Shown here: in pieces, positions 25,702 to 38,500 of the stretch
Layout: each line of letters begins with the position of its first letter
Numbering within the stretch: the first letter of the stretch is position 1
Assembly (NCBI GenBank): GCA_028534125.1
Contig: CM052816.1
Location: 95,296,001-95,360,000 of the forward strand
Direction: 5' to 3'
Source of the DNA: Lama glama
Lineage: Eukaryota
Length of the DNA: 64,000 bases
Notes under the pieces: generated by a model
The model's input: the letters and a program-made list of their open reading frames with translations, nothing else
What the model was told of the DNA's origin: nothing
Databases searched by the model: none
Made by a program: the position numbers and the translations under genes

Positions 25702-26134
25702 TGTATGAATGGAATCACGTCTCCTCCCAAAAGGCACGTCCTGCCAGAACCTCTGATTGTGACCTTATTTGGAAATAGGGTCTTTGCAGATGTGACTAGT
25801 TAAGATGAGGTCACCCCGGAGTAGGGCGGCCAGTGACTGGTGTCCTTAGAAGAAGAGGAGAGGACACTCATACACACAGAAGAGGAGGCCATGCGCAGAG
25901 GGAGGCAGAGATGGGAGGGAGGCGGCCACAAGCCAGTGAACACTAAGGATTGCTGGCAGCCACCAGGGCCTGGAAGAGACAAAGAAAGATTCTTCCCTGG
26001 AGTCTTGGGAGCACAGCCTACAGACGCCTTGATTAGGACCTTCTACCTCCAGAACTGCTAGAGAATCCATGTTTGTTGTTTTAAGTCCTCCGGTCTGTGG
26101 TACTTTGTTATGTCAACCCTAGGAAACCCATACA
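25702..26134 (+). mobile_element. MLT1B/C MaLR LTR
   Basis: GTGACCTTATTTGGAAATAGGGTCTTTGCAGATGT..CCTCCAGAACTG..CCCTAGGAAAC. Confidence 0.8.
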
Positions 26135-27036
26135 GCGGGGCACTAGGGCCTGGGAGCCAGAAAGTCCACAAGGGAGCTCCCACAGGCTTCAGGAACGCTC
26201 CGGGGCTGCCACTCAGGCACGTGGAGAAGGCTCAGGGCTCCTCTGGTCCCAGCTGATCCATCCCAGGAGTCAAATGCTATGGGGACCAGCAGAACACAGT
26301 CAGCGTGATGCCAGTCCTCTCTGCTCGCCCATCCCGACCAGCCTGCCCCGCCCCACATACATCTCTGCTTGTACCCGTGGGGGAGAAGCATCATCTGACG
26401 AGTCGGTGGAAGGCCCGTGTGTTCTCCACACGCTCACTTTGGACCAAAGCTTCCTCCAGCTGTGCGTTCTTCCCACGGGAAATCATCGAGACGACTAGGC
26501 ACGCATCCTTTCCTCCCACTCTGCTGTACCACGAGCCCTCCCTTTCCTCTTGTTTCTACAAGACCGATCAAGAGAAATTTTTACCGTTTTTTCCAGATCC
26601 CTGATTGCCATCAGCTGTGGCTGATGGAATGGCAGAGACGTGGCTGTGCTTCTGTGCTGGAAGAATTTGCAGAAACTTGCCCTGTGGGGTGTGGGGAAAG
26701 CTCTTGGTGGGGAGACCTGCCACTGGAGGTGCTCTGCTCGGAAACCACCTGGGGGCTTTTGGGGGAAGCTCCTGCCACAGAGGACGACAAGCCGGCACCT
26801 GCCACGGGTCCTTAGCGCGTGCTCATGAGTGAGCGATGATCAGCTTCTGCTCATCCTTTTTCCGCGTTCTTCAGAGACGTTCAAACTTTTTTTAACTCAT
26901 GTGTGATGCATCTAAAAATACAACTTAAAAATATATATCCGTTTTCAAGATGAGATCATGAAAATACTCCCACGAAGTCAAGGCTCGGGCTCAGCACCGT
27001 CCATTCACTCACGATTTGGGAGAAAGTTTGGGAAGC

Positions 27037-27520
27037 TGCATTTATTTTCTGTCATTGCATCACCCACCATCACAAAGTTAGCCGCTTAAAACAGTCCACG
27101 TTCATGATCTCGCTGTGTCCCTGGGTCAGGAGTCCCAACGTGGGCTGGCTGAGTCCTCGCTTACCCGGCAGAGACACCTCGCCAAGGCGGGGCTCACCTC
27201 CAAACCATCCCGGGCATTGACAGAATTCAGTTCCTGGCGGTTACAGGGCCGAGGTCACCGTTCCTTGCTGGCTGTTGGCTGGAGGTAGCTCTCGGTTCCT
27301 GGACACCTGGCCCTCTCCTAGCGAAAGCTAAGTTCTCAAAGCCAGCAGGAAAATCTCCTCTAGCTGGCACCCCCGAGCCGTACATGGTGTAACATTAGCA
27401 GGGGAGTAGCCATCCCGCTGTATTCGCAGGGCTGCCCACACTCAAGGACAGGAGATTCTACAGGGCAGACGTTCCACGGGGAGGGATCTCAGAAGCCAAC
27501 TCAGAATTCTGCCTGCCACA
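27037..27520 (-). mobile_element. Older MLT1 (F/G-like) MaLR LTR
   Basis: GGGTCAGGAGTCC..GCAGAATTCAGTTC-like..TTGCTGGCTGTTGGC..AGAATTCTGCCTGCCACA. Confidence 0.65.
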
Positions 27521-27807
27521 GAGACTCATAGAAAGTCTGTGACAATTAGAAAATTATCTGGAGCAAGGCTAGCTTCTTCCCATTCTAGAAGTCTCTCTGA
27601 CCATCTACACAAGCCAAGGCGCCCTCACTGCTCTTCAGCCTCCGCTGTCCTCAACCCCTCCCCGCCTCTGGAACCCTCAAAGGGCTTTTGTCTTAGGGGT
27701 CAGCAGAAAACCCTAGAATCCAGACCTCACTCGGAACCAGCCCGGAGCTCTGCTCCATTTCTGAAGCCCCCTCTGCACACAACTGGCAAGAAAGGAGGAA
27801 ATGGGGC

Positions 27808-28237
27808 GTGTGAGTTTCCCAAGGCTGCTGTATCAAATTGCCACAGCCCGAGGGACTTCAAACAACAATTTGTTCTCACAGTTCTGGAGGCCAGAGGCCT
27901 AAAGCCACGTGTCGGCGGGGCCGTGCTCCCCCAGAGTCTCTAGAGGAGGGTCCTTCCTGCCTCTTCCAGCAGGTGTTCCTTGACCTATGGCTGCTCCCTC
28001 CAGTCTCTGCCTCCGTCTTCACATGGCCTTCTCCCTGTGTCTCAAATCTCCCTCCATCTTCTTGTATAAAAACCCCAGTCATTGGATTTAGGGTCCACCC
28101 TAAATCCGGGATGAGCTCAAGATTCTTAGGTTAAATACGTGTGCAAAGGCCCTTTTTCCAAACAAGGCCCCACTCCCATCTTCCAGGGTTAAGACAAGGA
28201 CATGTCCTTTTGGAGGGCCACTACTCAACTGCTTACA
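27808..28237 (-). mobile_element. MLT1C MaLR LTR
   Basis: TTCTCACAGTTCTGGAGGCCAG..CTGCCTCCGTCTTCACATGGCCTTCTCC..CAGTCATTGGATTTAGGG. Confidence 0.8.
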
Positions 28238-28621
28238 TGAGGAAACTGATCTAGGAGTCTGGTTTTATCAGTTGCAAAGACTGGACATTCCCATTGATCT
28301 TGCTTGCGCATGGGGGGCCTTGATTGGCAAGTATCACTAAACAGAGAGCCCGGCATGGGTGGGGGGGTGCCTCAAGAGAGATGTGAGGCCAGGATCTTCG
28401 CCCCTCAGGACACCGCCTGTCCTCTGCACCGCAGCCCCGCAGTGCAGGGAGACTCCCACACACGGCAGCCCCAGGGGCAGGGGGCAGGGGGGCACGGGGG
28501 ACCCTGGAGCCCCACATGAGAGGTTCAGCCTCTCTCCTCCTCAGTTGTCACATCCATAGTATGAGGTTAATAACAGCAATGCCCACTTTACGGGGTATTG
28601 TTACAAAGCTTTAATGAGTTA

Positions 28622-28774
28622 CAAAAGGGATTAAAGACCTAAATATAAGACCAGATACTATAAAACTCCTAGAGGAAAACACAGGCAGAACACGCTCTGA
28701 CATAAATCGCAATATATTTTTGGAGCTGCCTCTTAAAGGAAAGGAAATAAAAGCAAAAATAAACAAATGTGACC
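28622..28774 (+). mobile_element. Internal L1 ORF2 fragment between two MIRs
   Basis: Reads KGIKDLNIRPDTIKLLEENTGRTRSDINRNIFLELPLKGKEIKAKINKCD (L1 ORF2). MIR-like sequence lies at ~28520-28620 and ~28775-28970. Confidence 0.85.
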
Positions 28775-31569
28775 CCAGGCTCTGAAGTCGGACTGCCAGG
28801 GTTTTGTCACAGCCCTGCCACCTTCTGCCTAAGTCACTCTGGGCAAGGTACTGCTCTCATCTGCGAAACATGAGTGATGGTGGTACCCGCCTCCTGCGGT
28901 TGGTGTGAGAACTTACTGAGCTGTTAAACCCTTAGCACACGGCCCAGACCTCGTAAGTGCTGGATAAATGCTTTCTCATCTACGCTGGATGTTATCCCAG
29001 CCCAAACGTCCCTAAGACCCCACTGGACAGCCTGTGCCAGGACACTTCCTGTCCTGCCTGGCCATCCTGGTCACACCGCTGCTGATTTCACATCACGTTA
29101 GATTCAGACATGAGTTGGGGTTTGAGGTGGTGACAGAGTGGAACGTGCATGACCCATCACGGGTCAGTGGTGCCATCTCAGCGCTGGAAAGTATGGGACC
29201 CCTGCTCCATCTTAGTGGAGTTACATACTGGACATCCACGAGGCCTCTGGAAGGACCCAGCTGTTCTGGGGAAAGTTGCACGTGAACACATTAAAGTAAA
29301 GCTATTTTGTTTACTTTACTGGTTGGGTCTTCTGACGTCATGGAAAGCCTGCGCCAGGGAAATGGGGTGGATCCTGGAAGTGCTGGTTGATGTGGGAAAC
29401 GTCAATATGGACAGAAGTGTGAGGTTAGGTGGGCGTGGCTGAGCCCGGGGCAGGAAGAGGACCCGGGATGCCCCCAGCCTCTTACAGCTAGCGTTCAGTC
29501 CCCTAGAAAAGGGGTTAATCATACTTCTGCAGTCCACTTCATGGGCTTCTGAAGAAATCCACTTTGATAACCAAGGAGAACTAATTCTGTAGGGTGACAT
29601 CATGAAGCTGGAATTTTCCTTAGGGAGCGTCCCAACTCCTTTCATTCTGGAAGCTGAGGCAGAGTCTCAGGCCTTACGAGTGTTTCAAGGACCTTTGAAA
29701 ATGTTTAAGCCTTGGAAAAAATTATAGGCTGCAAATTACAGTAAGAGCAAAATCAAACTCAACAGATGATTTATTTATATAGTCATTCTTCATTAATTGT
29801 TCAATTGAGTATACCGAAAAATCTCACTACGTTTGAAAGCGATTTGTAAAGGTAGATTTTTGTCATGTTACAAGAACTCACAAGGATGCCAGTGACTGGC
29901 AGGTGAAATGAGAGACCTGTAGCCAAATCATTTTAAGAACAAAATCGCTAGCTGCGCCCAGCCACCCGGGAGCTCCATCCCGCCGGGTGATGGCATATTT
30001 CCAGAAACACCGCTACTTCCGCCTTTTCTTTTTCTTACACATCACAAACACTAACCAAAAACAAAACAAGCCCAGTTTCTTTAAAGGTGAAAATTACAGA
30101 AGATGCCAAATAGAGTCAGGTTGAAAATCAAGTGACTCGCTGGCGGCCCTGCAGGGCCGAGGACTTCGGACGTGCGTCTCAACGGGACAGGCAGTTCTGA
30201 AGTCCTCAGGCCACAGTCACCTTCTGCTGGTTTGCATCTTGTGGCTTTTCCCGTCTTGTTTTCCCCCAAACCACTCACCTGCAATCAAGGGAGAGCAGGC
30301 ATTTTCTAAACCCACAGCTCACAAATGCCAGGGGTTGTTGTTTTTTTCATGCTGAGTCTCCATCATTGTCAAAGTCTCTTCTCTAAGTGACGTTAACTGG
30401 AAACATCTTCTGTGGCTCTCTAGGGGCCAAGTCCAGGTGGGGCCATCTGCCCCCTCTGCGTGCGAGCCGATCGCGGCTCCTCATCCCTCAGCCCCTCGAG
30501 GTCCGCGGCCTCCTGGACCCCACCCCAACCTCCTGCAGAAAGGGGGTGGTTTGTGCTGGTCTCCATCTAAGCTTCTTTGTGCAACAATTCCAGTCACTTG
30601 AATGGTTTATTTCACCCACCACGTTGATTAGTTAATGGTACTTGAAACAAAGCTTGTCGTGATTAATTAAACCGTTTGAACGAGCTCCCCAAGCACAGCT
30701 GACAATCTGATGGAAAGCCAACCTCCCAGCGGCTATTTTAAAAAGAAGTGACTGCAGGGCTTGAAGGCGAATAACAAGGACTCAGCTGTGTCACGGGAAC
30801 ATTCCAGATCTGCACGCGAACAGGAAGTTTCCCCTTGAATGAGAGGAAGCCCGCGTCTGGACACTAGGAAGTCAGTCACTGAGCAGCAGGCCGTCCGCTA
30901 TGGGCACTCGGCAGCATGGTGCCTGGATTAGGTGCCGGAACACCGTGCTTGAGGCTCTCGGGCAAAAACGGGACAGAAAAGTGCTTCCCCGTTATGCCCT
31001 GTTAATGACAAAGTCAGTGCCTGCTCCACCTTGCCCAGCCCAGCCTCTCTGGCCCCGTAGGACCCCAGTGCTGGCACTCAGCGCCCCAGTGGTGGCCGTC
31101 AACTGAGGGGCACAGCCTCTGTGGGGCGGGAGCTGAGCTGAGAAGGACCCAGAGGAAGACCCCACGGTGCACGGGGGAGGGATGGGGACAGAGCACTGAG
31201 GTCGGGGGCTGCTTCAGGATCCTTTGCTGGGATGTCCTACGGGTCAGCATTAAGGAGACATCCAGAGTCAACTCTAAAGAACGTTCTGGAAACCCAGCTT
31301 GAATCTGGCTGATGAGACGTGCCTTTACCCTCAGAAACAACTTGCATTTTGGTCGCAGACCTCCCCTCCCGCCGACAGATGACATGTGTATTCAGGTGGC
31401 CTCAACTAGAGAGAGGCAAGTTCATGCTTCCGGCTCAAGTTCCCTTTGTCTGAACTTTAGAGCCTTACATCAGACCAAAACAATTTCGGGGACTGGAGAT
31501 TTTTAAGGGAACGCCATTCGCAGTTCCATGACAAAGTCACTCTTAAAAAAGATCGGCCTTTTAAGACCA

Positions 31570-32120
31570 GGGACGGACCCCAGAGCCCGCTGGCCGGCGG
31601 GGTGGTCACGGGCACCCGTGCTGCAGCCAGGTGTCAGCGCTTCGTCCCGCGTGACCCCTGCACAGACGCTCGCACAGCCTCCCTCCACCACCGTCCCCAC
31701 CAGAAGGTGCATTTGTTGCAATCACTCAACCTGCATCGACACACCACTGTCACCCAGAGGCCACAGCTTACCCCAGCGTTCACGCTCCATGTTGCGCAGT
31801 CTGTGGGTTTGGATATGTATCCATCGTTACAATGTCAGAGTAGTTTCACTGCCCTAAAAACCCCCTGTGCTCTACCTGTTCGTATCCCCCAGCCCCACCC
31901 CGACGACCACCGATAGTTTCACTGTCTCCACAGTTTGCCTTTTCTAGAAAGTCACGCACACACGAAGTGTCCTTTTCAGCTTGGCTTCTTCCCCTTAGTG
32001 AAGTGCGTTTAATGTTCATCCGTGTCTCTTCGTGGCTTGACAGCTCGTTTCTTTTCAGAGCTGAATCTTGTCCCATCGTGAACAGTACTCCACTGTCTGG
32101 ATGTACCCGAGTTTATTTAC
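31570..32120 (-). mobile_element. Degenerate L1MC-like 3' fragment
   Basis: CAGAGTAGTTTCACTGCCCTAAAAACCCCCTGTGCTCTACCTGTTC..TCGTGGCTTGACAGCTCGTTTCTTTT. Confidence 0.65.
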
Positions 32121-34378
32121 CCCTCTACCTCCTCCATTCTCTTTCATTACTGACATACATGATTTTTTGATAGAATGAAACTGGTCTGTGCTTTTTTGAG
32201 CTCAGATGTCCACATTAGCAAGTGTATTTACGACAATACTCATCCATTCTCAGTCTTACAAAACTCCATCCAAATTTCTCTCCTTGACCTAACCAGTTTG
32301 GCTGGTCAGTGATTCGATGAGGTTCTTTTGGTAAATGGGGGTGGTCCCCAGAGACAAGAGGAGGCGGGGGCTCCATGTCCCTCTCCTACAAGACGGTCGC
32401 AGGGACAGCAAGTCTCCTCCCAAGTTCTGCCGAACGGACAGACACTTGTCAGTAAGCAGGCCCCACAGCTGTCGCGGGCCCTGTCCCTGCAGGCTCGGTG
32501 GGGGGCGCTCTTGGTTCTCAGGCCCCTAGACCGCAGGCCCTCTGGGAAGCAGCAGGCCCGGGCAGGAACCGGGGCGTAAGGGGCAGAAGCCCGGCTCCTG
32601 GGGCAGGATGACGCGGGAGGGGCGTGCTCCTCTCTGCAGGGGAGTCCGTTAGACACTGGCGGCCCCCCCTGGAGAGCACATTTTTAGAGGGAAATGGAGA
32701 CGAGGGAGGAAACCCAGGGAGCCAGCCAAGTGGCTGGAATCTTCTAGAGCAGGGAAGTGGAAGTTCTTTCAACTAGACCCCAGGTCTTTCTGACATGAAC
32801 CTAGAAGCCTGTCACCACTTGTTGCCGGGGTGACACGCTGCTCCGGGTCGCCCCGCGTACACTCCCCGCCCGAGAGCCGGGATCAGCCCTGCCGCCAGGC
32901 GTCCTGCTCCTTTCCGCGAACAGAGCCATCAGGGACCGCCTCCTGGCCGCTGGGTGCTCCCCCTGTGCGGGCTGCACCGCTGCGTCTAGGCCTTTCCAGG
33001 GCGCAGGGATGATGATTTCCCAGCGATGCTCCAGTGGTAACTCAGGACCACAGGATTCTGACTTTACCTTCTCTTTCTTCACTCCTCCATGACGCAAACC
33101 TAGGTTCTCCCTGACACCAAAACACTCACTCACTCGCCCCATTACCACCGTCACTGGTTACTGAAAAGAGCCTGGGACTTTCAACTTGGCTTCTGTCTAT
33201 TCCACCAGGAACATTCAGATGACTGAGCTGTAAAGCCCCTTGGAATAGTTCCTGTGCTTATGCTGACTGGATACACAGTTCATCGGTTTCATTTTACTTT
33301 CAGTTCTCAGGGACTTTTCAATGTAATTTTGTTCTGCAATTATGTAAAATACATGGAGGATTCCAGTCAACAGAGAGGTCGGTGCAGAGGAGTCCGGGTC
33401 CAGCTCTGCCTCCTCCATCCTGTTTCCTCCCCCCGATAAACACTTTCTTTTTTGGTTCAGCTGTCAGCGCTCTTTACCTGCTACCGGTCTGTTTCTGTCG
33501 GTGTCTAGGAAGGTCCACGTTTCGGCCGTAGCGGTTGCCCTCCGTGTCTCTGTGCGACACCCTCCGTCCTCTCTGGTGCTGGTTGTCTGCTACGGTCAAC
33601 ACTGAAACTGCCTGGAAAACTCTTCCCTCTCCACCCTCTGTATGTCTGATATGAACGTCATTTCACCTCCAGTTAATAATGTACACAAGTAGCAAACAGA
33701 CGCTTTTCATGTGGACCTCTGGGTCTCTGATACTCGTTAGATGTCACGCACCTCGTCGTCAGAGCACGGGCATTACATACAACAGCCTGGCAGGATCACC
33801 ATCTCGTGGTTCAGCCCTCCGGATAAATTATGCATTCGATGATCCATACTGGTCCTTATGCTGACCTCTCCGACCTCTCTGGTGGTCTGAAACCCTCTAG
33901 CTGCTTCCCCAGGAAGGGTTCACTGGAACAACATCCCCCGAGGATGCCTCTCTGGGCCTTTATACCTCCAAGTCCCTCATGAGCTAGCTCCACGCCCGAC
34001 TTTGACAACAGTCTAGCAGCCTGTTCACCCGGGTGCCCGGCCGCATCCGACAGGCCCACCGACACTCCGGGCAACTCAGCCCTGCAGACCCCGCGGGCCA
34101 CTCTCCAGAGCTGCGCCCCAACCGCGGGCAGGAGGCCCTCCCAAGTCCTTGTGGTGCCCTTGCAGGAGTGGCTGCGAATCCCTTATGTTAAATTGTCCCT
34201 TTTCTGTTTCCCAGCTGATGGGCAGGCCAGCGTCTCTTTGTCACATGCACACGTCCTGTGCTCCCCGCCAGTGAGCCTCCTGAGGTGGCTGATCATCTGG
34301 CTTAAAAAAACACAAAACTCTCTGTGTCTGTCATCAGGTCAGTGTCATATTCACGGGGATGTCCCAACGTTCGTGTGT

Positions 34379-34435
34379 CTTCCTTTGCACACCCTTCCTT
34401 TGCACACCTTTCCTTTGCACACCCTTCCTTTGCAC
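34379..34435 (+). repeat. 15-bp minisatellite (CTTCCTTTGCACACC) x3.8
   Basis: Read directly; one mismatch in unit 3. Confidence 0.9.
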
Positions 34436-35471
34436 GCTGCTTCTTGCTGCAGTGCTTCCCCTGCACACACCCAGTGACTCCACACGACTTACCACTGCTC
34501 TTATGCAAAACCTAAGGTGTCTTCTTTCTTATCCCCGTGTATAGTAGTATCATAGAAGGATAAAATACTGAAATTTTAGGGGGAAGTGAGTTTTGAGAAG
34601 GTTTAAAGCAACGCAAAAATTATAAAAGCTTTTAAAACTCCGACTCTGAAAAGTTACTTGTAATTTGATGAAGAGTCTCCACTGTCCATTCCCGGGGCGA
34701 AGGCTCGGCCATGAGCCCAGGCAAATGATCACCTCAAGTACCGTAGTTTCATGTTCAGATGAAAACTATACCTCATGCCTCAGTGCAAAAACTGAAATGC
34801 ATTTTAGGATAACTGCCAATGCGCCTCCTAACTCTGGGTTTTCAAGGTATTTGAAAACCTGTATCATTTATCAGCATGGTGTGTGATAAATGTGCAGAGA
34901 ACCAGCAAGACAACCATTCCCACGTTCTCAGAAAAACAGTCTGAGATGTACTAATTGGCCTTGTCAGTTTGAGACTTTATATATAAAGAAAGCAAGGAAG
35001 GGTCTCGGATGCTTGCCTCCGTCCCGCAGACCACGTGCTGGTCCAAGCTGCTTGTCCAGTTTGCTTCCCAGCCCTGCTGCTCATCCAGCCAGCGAGCCCC
35101 AGGCCCTCCTGTCACAGAAGATCCGGCTTTGGCAGGAGCAGGGAGCAGAGGGCATCGGCCTTCCTGCTGGTCAGACTTTCAGAGGAAGAGGAGAAACAGC
35201 TGGTTTTGAACTGCTCACCCCACCTCCGCACTCTGCAGTGGCCAAAGGCTGTTCTACTCAAAAAGATCACTCTGCTGCTGAGGATGTTTTGCATTTCAGG
35301 CTCTCAGAAGGACTCGGTGAAGAATAATCGTTCAATAGGCCCCCAGGACGCATCGGCCACATTCTGCTACGAGAAAAAACTCACACTTCGTATGTATGTG
35401 GTTAATGACAAATTGTATTTGGTGCCAAGGTTTTAAAAAGCACTATTTTGACATTAAATTGTGTTCCTGTC

Positions 35472-35477
35472 TTTATT
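35472..35477 (-). terminator. ROPN1L: ROPN1L polyadenylation signal AATAAA
   Basis: TTTATT on + (AATAAA on -) lies ~40 nt after the stop codon, implying a very short 3' UTR. Confidence 0.75.
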
Positions 35478-35515
35478 AATGGCCTATGTCTTCTGAGTTT
35501 TCTTTTTGAGGTTTT

Positions 35516-35579
35516 CTAAATTTTCCTCTGTAGAACGAAGAAATCTGAAAGTCCTATCATGCCATTCTTTTTAGAGTCT
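35516..35579 (-). CDS. ROPN1L: ROPN1L coding exon 5 (terminal)
   Basis: Acceptor TTTAG|A. Encodes DSKKNGMIGLSDFFVLQRKI then TAG (35518-35516). Total CDS is 131+124+162+176+64=657 nt, 218 aa. Confidence 0.96.
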
Positions 35580-38500
35580 CTAAATTGGAAACAGATAAAG
35601 GCACGTATTAGTAACTTCTTATAGCACACAATACAACTTCTATGGAACACCATATAATTTGTAAGTTTTACCTTAAAATTTTGATTATTTATGGGCTTCA
35701 ATCGTAAGTCTTACCTCTAAAAATAAAGTATTCTGTTTTCTTATATTAAAAAAAAATGGGTGTTTATTCCTAGGCAAAAAAAGCAGTACTATGTTATGGA
35801 TTTTTCTTTATTGACGACTCAAATTTTAGTCACTAGTATAACAAAAATATCCTTCTGTTTAAAAAATTGGTCCAGTAAAACTCAAAGGACTGTCTCGAAT
35901 ATGTGAAACTTTGGCATTGACAACACTATCTCTTTTGATTTTTCTCTTTGTCTATAGATAGTTGTACCTCTTAAAAGATGGTGAACATTAGTAAATTTCT
36001 ACTGACAACATCAGCAGATGTAAAAACATGGAACCATAACAACGTTCATTTTCAATGTCAGTGGGAAAATGAGAACTGCCTTGAGGTCTCATTTTTAAAA
36101 GTAAAAGGAATACAAGTTAGTGATTCTAAAAGATATTTTACCATAAAAAGCAACCTCCTCTTACAAGCCCAGGGGAATTAACACCTGTGGAATAGCCCCC
36201 AACTATGGCCGCCGGGAGGTGGAGGGGGTCTCGGAGGAACCACACCGGTAGCCCCGAGCACCTGCGCTCCTGGGTGTGAGGACTCCCAGCCTCTGCTCAG
36301 GCAGCAGGAGGACCCGCTTACTGTCCCTGTTGTGCTGATACTGAAGGAAAGCCAACCGGAGCTCCCCACAGGCGGGGAAGAGCCACTGACCACGTAACGA
36401 AAGAAAACCATGGAGTAAAACTTTACTTGGCCTTTTCCTGCAAAATACAGTAACTCTTCCCCTTAGGTACCATCCGTGGCTTGAGAACAACCACATCAGC
36501 ATCCTCCTGCTGACAGCAGAGGTCACTCTAACCTACTGGGGCCTCCCCAGTCTCCCAGGCTAGGTCAGCCCGGGCGCCCCCAGCCCAGAGCTTCTGCCCC
36601 CCAGCTCGGCCTGCCTCTCCACGGGCCACCGCCAGGGCTCTCGCCACCTGAGTGGCCGTGAAGGCAGTGCAGGGCAGGGTCCAGCATCACCTGCTAAGGA
36701 GATGTTGAGGGCTCTGAAACGCTTTGGGAACCAAGGAATGAATGAGTCATGGAATGAATAAAGGATTGTTGAATCGGCCGAGACAAAGAGGAAATCACTC
36801 CTGCTGCACAAAGCAGCCGAGTTAACAAATCTACGTTGGTGGAGTGGGTGGGGGGTCTGACCCAGTGACCCAGGCCGGGGCATCGGGGCGGGGCGCTCCC
36901 CACTCAGCTCGCGGCCTCCATCCGGCACGCAGGCCAGGCGCTTGCGGGTAGTGGGGAGCGGGTGGATTTGCTCTCAAAGGATGACTCAGAAAGCCCAGCT
37001 CACGCACCCTGCCCGCTCTGAGGACTTAACCAGGGTGCCCAGGTCCATTCAGGTGCTTCCTGGGAGCCTTGTGGGGGGCTGTCCTCAGCTGGGGTGCACA
37101 AGGCACCTGGTTATAGACCAGGGCCTCCCACCTGGCAGGTAAGTGTGCTTCCTTACCTTCAGCCCTCCTCCTGGAGGTCAAGCCGACCTCCCCCTTCCCA
37201 GGGGTCTGTAGCCAGACCCCGGCAGCTGGAGGCCACACTTCATCTCCTCTGTCCCCTGAAGTCCTCTGAAATCACTGCTGCCAGGGACACAGTGACCACC
37301 ATAGTCAGCGTAAGGGACAGTTTTGGGGTCTGCCACACTGGACAAGGCCCTCCTGCTCTCTCCTGCCCAGGCCCTTCCGGGCCTCACTTTCCCCAGCTTT
37401 CCTCTTCCTGCTCCAGCCCCTCCTCACTCACTGCCCCCTCCCCAAAGGCTGTGGTCTCCTCACACTGGGATGTCCAGCCCAGATCTGAGCTCCCTGACCC
37501 ACCCTGGGCCTCCCAAGTCCTGCCTCTCCCAGGTCCTTCCTGGGAGAAACACAAATGTCCACTCAGGAGGCCACGACAGCCATCTGGGGCATTCCTGGAT
37601 GTCTCTCTCCTCACTCCTCACATCCAGTCAACCACCGCAATCCAAGCAGCACTGAAAAACCTCTCCCTTCTTTGTCATTTCTTGTCTGGACCTCTGCAGA
37701 AGCCTCCTAACTAGTCTCCTTACATCTGCGACTCAAGAAGAATTCTAACCAAAAATAACCACTATGTTCCCTCTCTAAGACCTTCTATGGCTCCCTAGTG
37801 CCACTAGGCATAAGCCAAACTCCTCAGGGGCTCCCACGCCCCTCCACCTCAACCACCTGTGGGGTCCATCCACACATGTCCCCCCAGCACCGATCAGCGT
37901 GCAGACCCTACCCCAGGCTGGTGGAGCAGCCCACGTGGCTGTGCTCTGTACACAGCAGGGAAGATGACTTCACGGACAGACAGAAGGAGGAAGGCGCTGC
38001 TTTATGGCAGAGCCCTTTAGGGGAGGCCTCCCTGAGCAGAGGACACTTGGTGATGGTGCAGGCAGGGGGAGTGGGTTGCATGTGGGGATGACACTGGAGG
38101 GCTCAGGAGAGAGGAGGGTGATGCCCTGAGCTCAAGGAGTGGAGATGGCTGGGTGGGGGGCAGATTCCCCCAGGGTGAGGAGGGGCCTGAGGGTGGGATG
38201 TGGGTGGGAGATAGGCATGGGCTGAGGGGGCCCAGGAGAATGAGGGAATGGTGGCCAAGAGATGGGGGTCAGAGAGGGCAGAGTGTGGGGCCAGCCGAGG
38301 TTTGATGGTGTCCAGAGCGAGTGACTGAGGAGTCATAGCTTCGTGGTGGGGAGGGATAAGGAGAGGGTTAACATGTCAGTGGACAGGAAAGAAAGACTGG
38401 ATCACTGAGTCTGGGGGCATAGCTCAGTGGTGGGGGTCTCCAAGAGGGTGCAATTTTGAAGGGAGGAGAGGAAGTGGTTTGGAGGGACAGGGAGGCTGGA

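Noticed and set aside
15224..34435. Short direct repeats (15224-15281, 34379-34435) as CRISPR-like arrays
   Set aside because: Head-to-tail units with no spacers and no cas genes; ordinary eukaryotic minisatellites.
38414..38431. tRNA-like 5' motif GGGGCATAGCTCAGTGGT
   Set aside because: No B box, cloverleaf or tail follows; it lies in purine-rich, probably L2-derived sequence.
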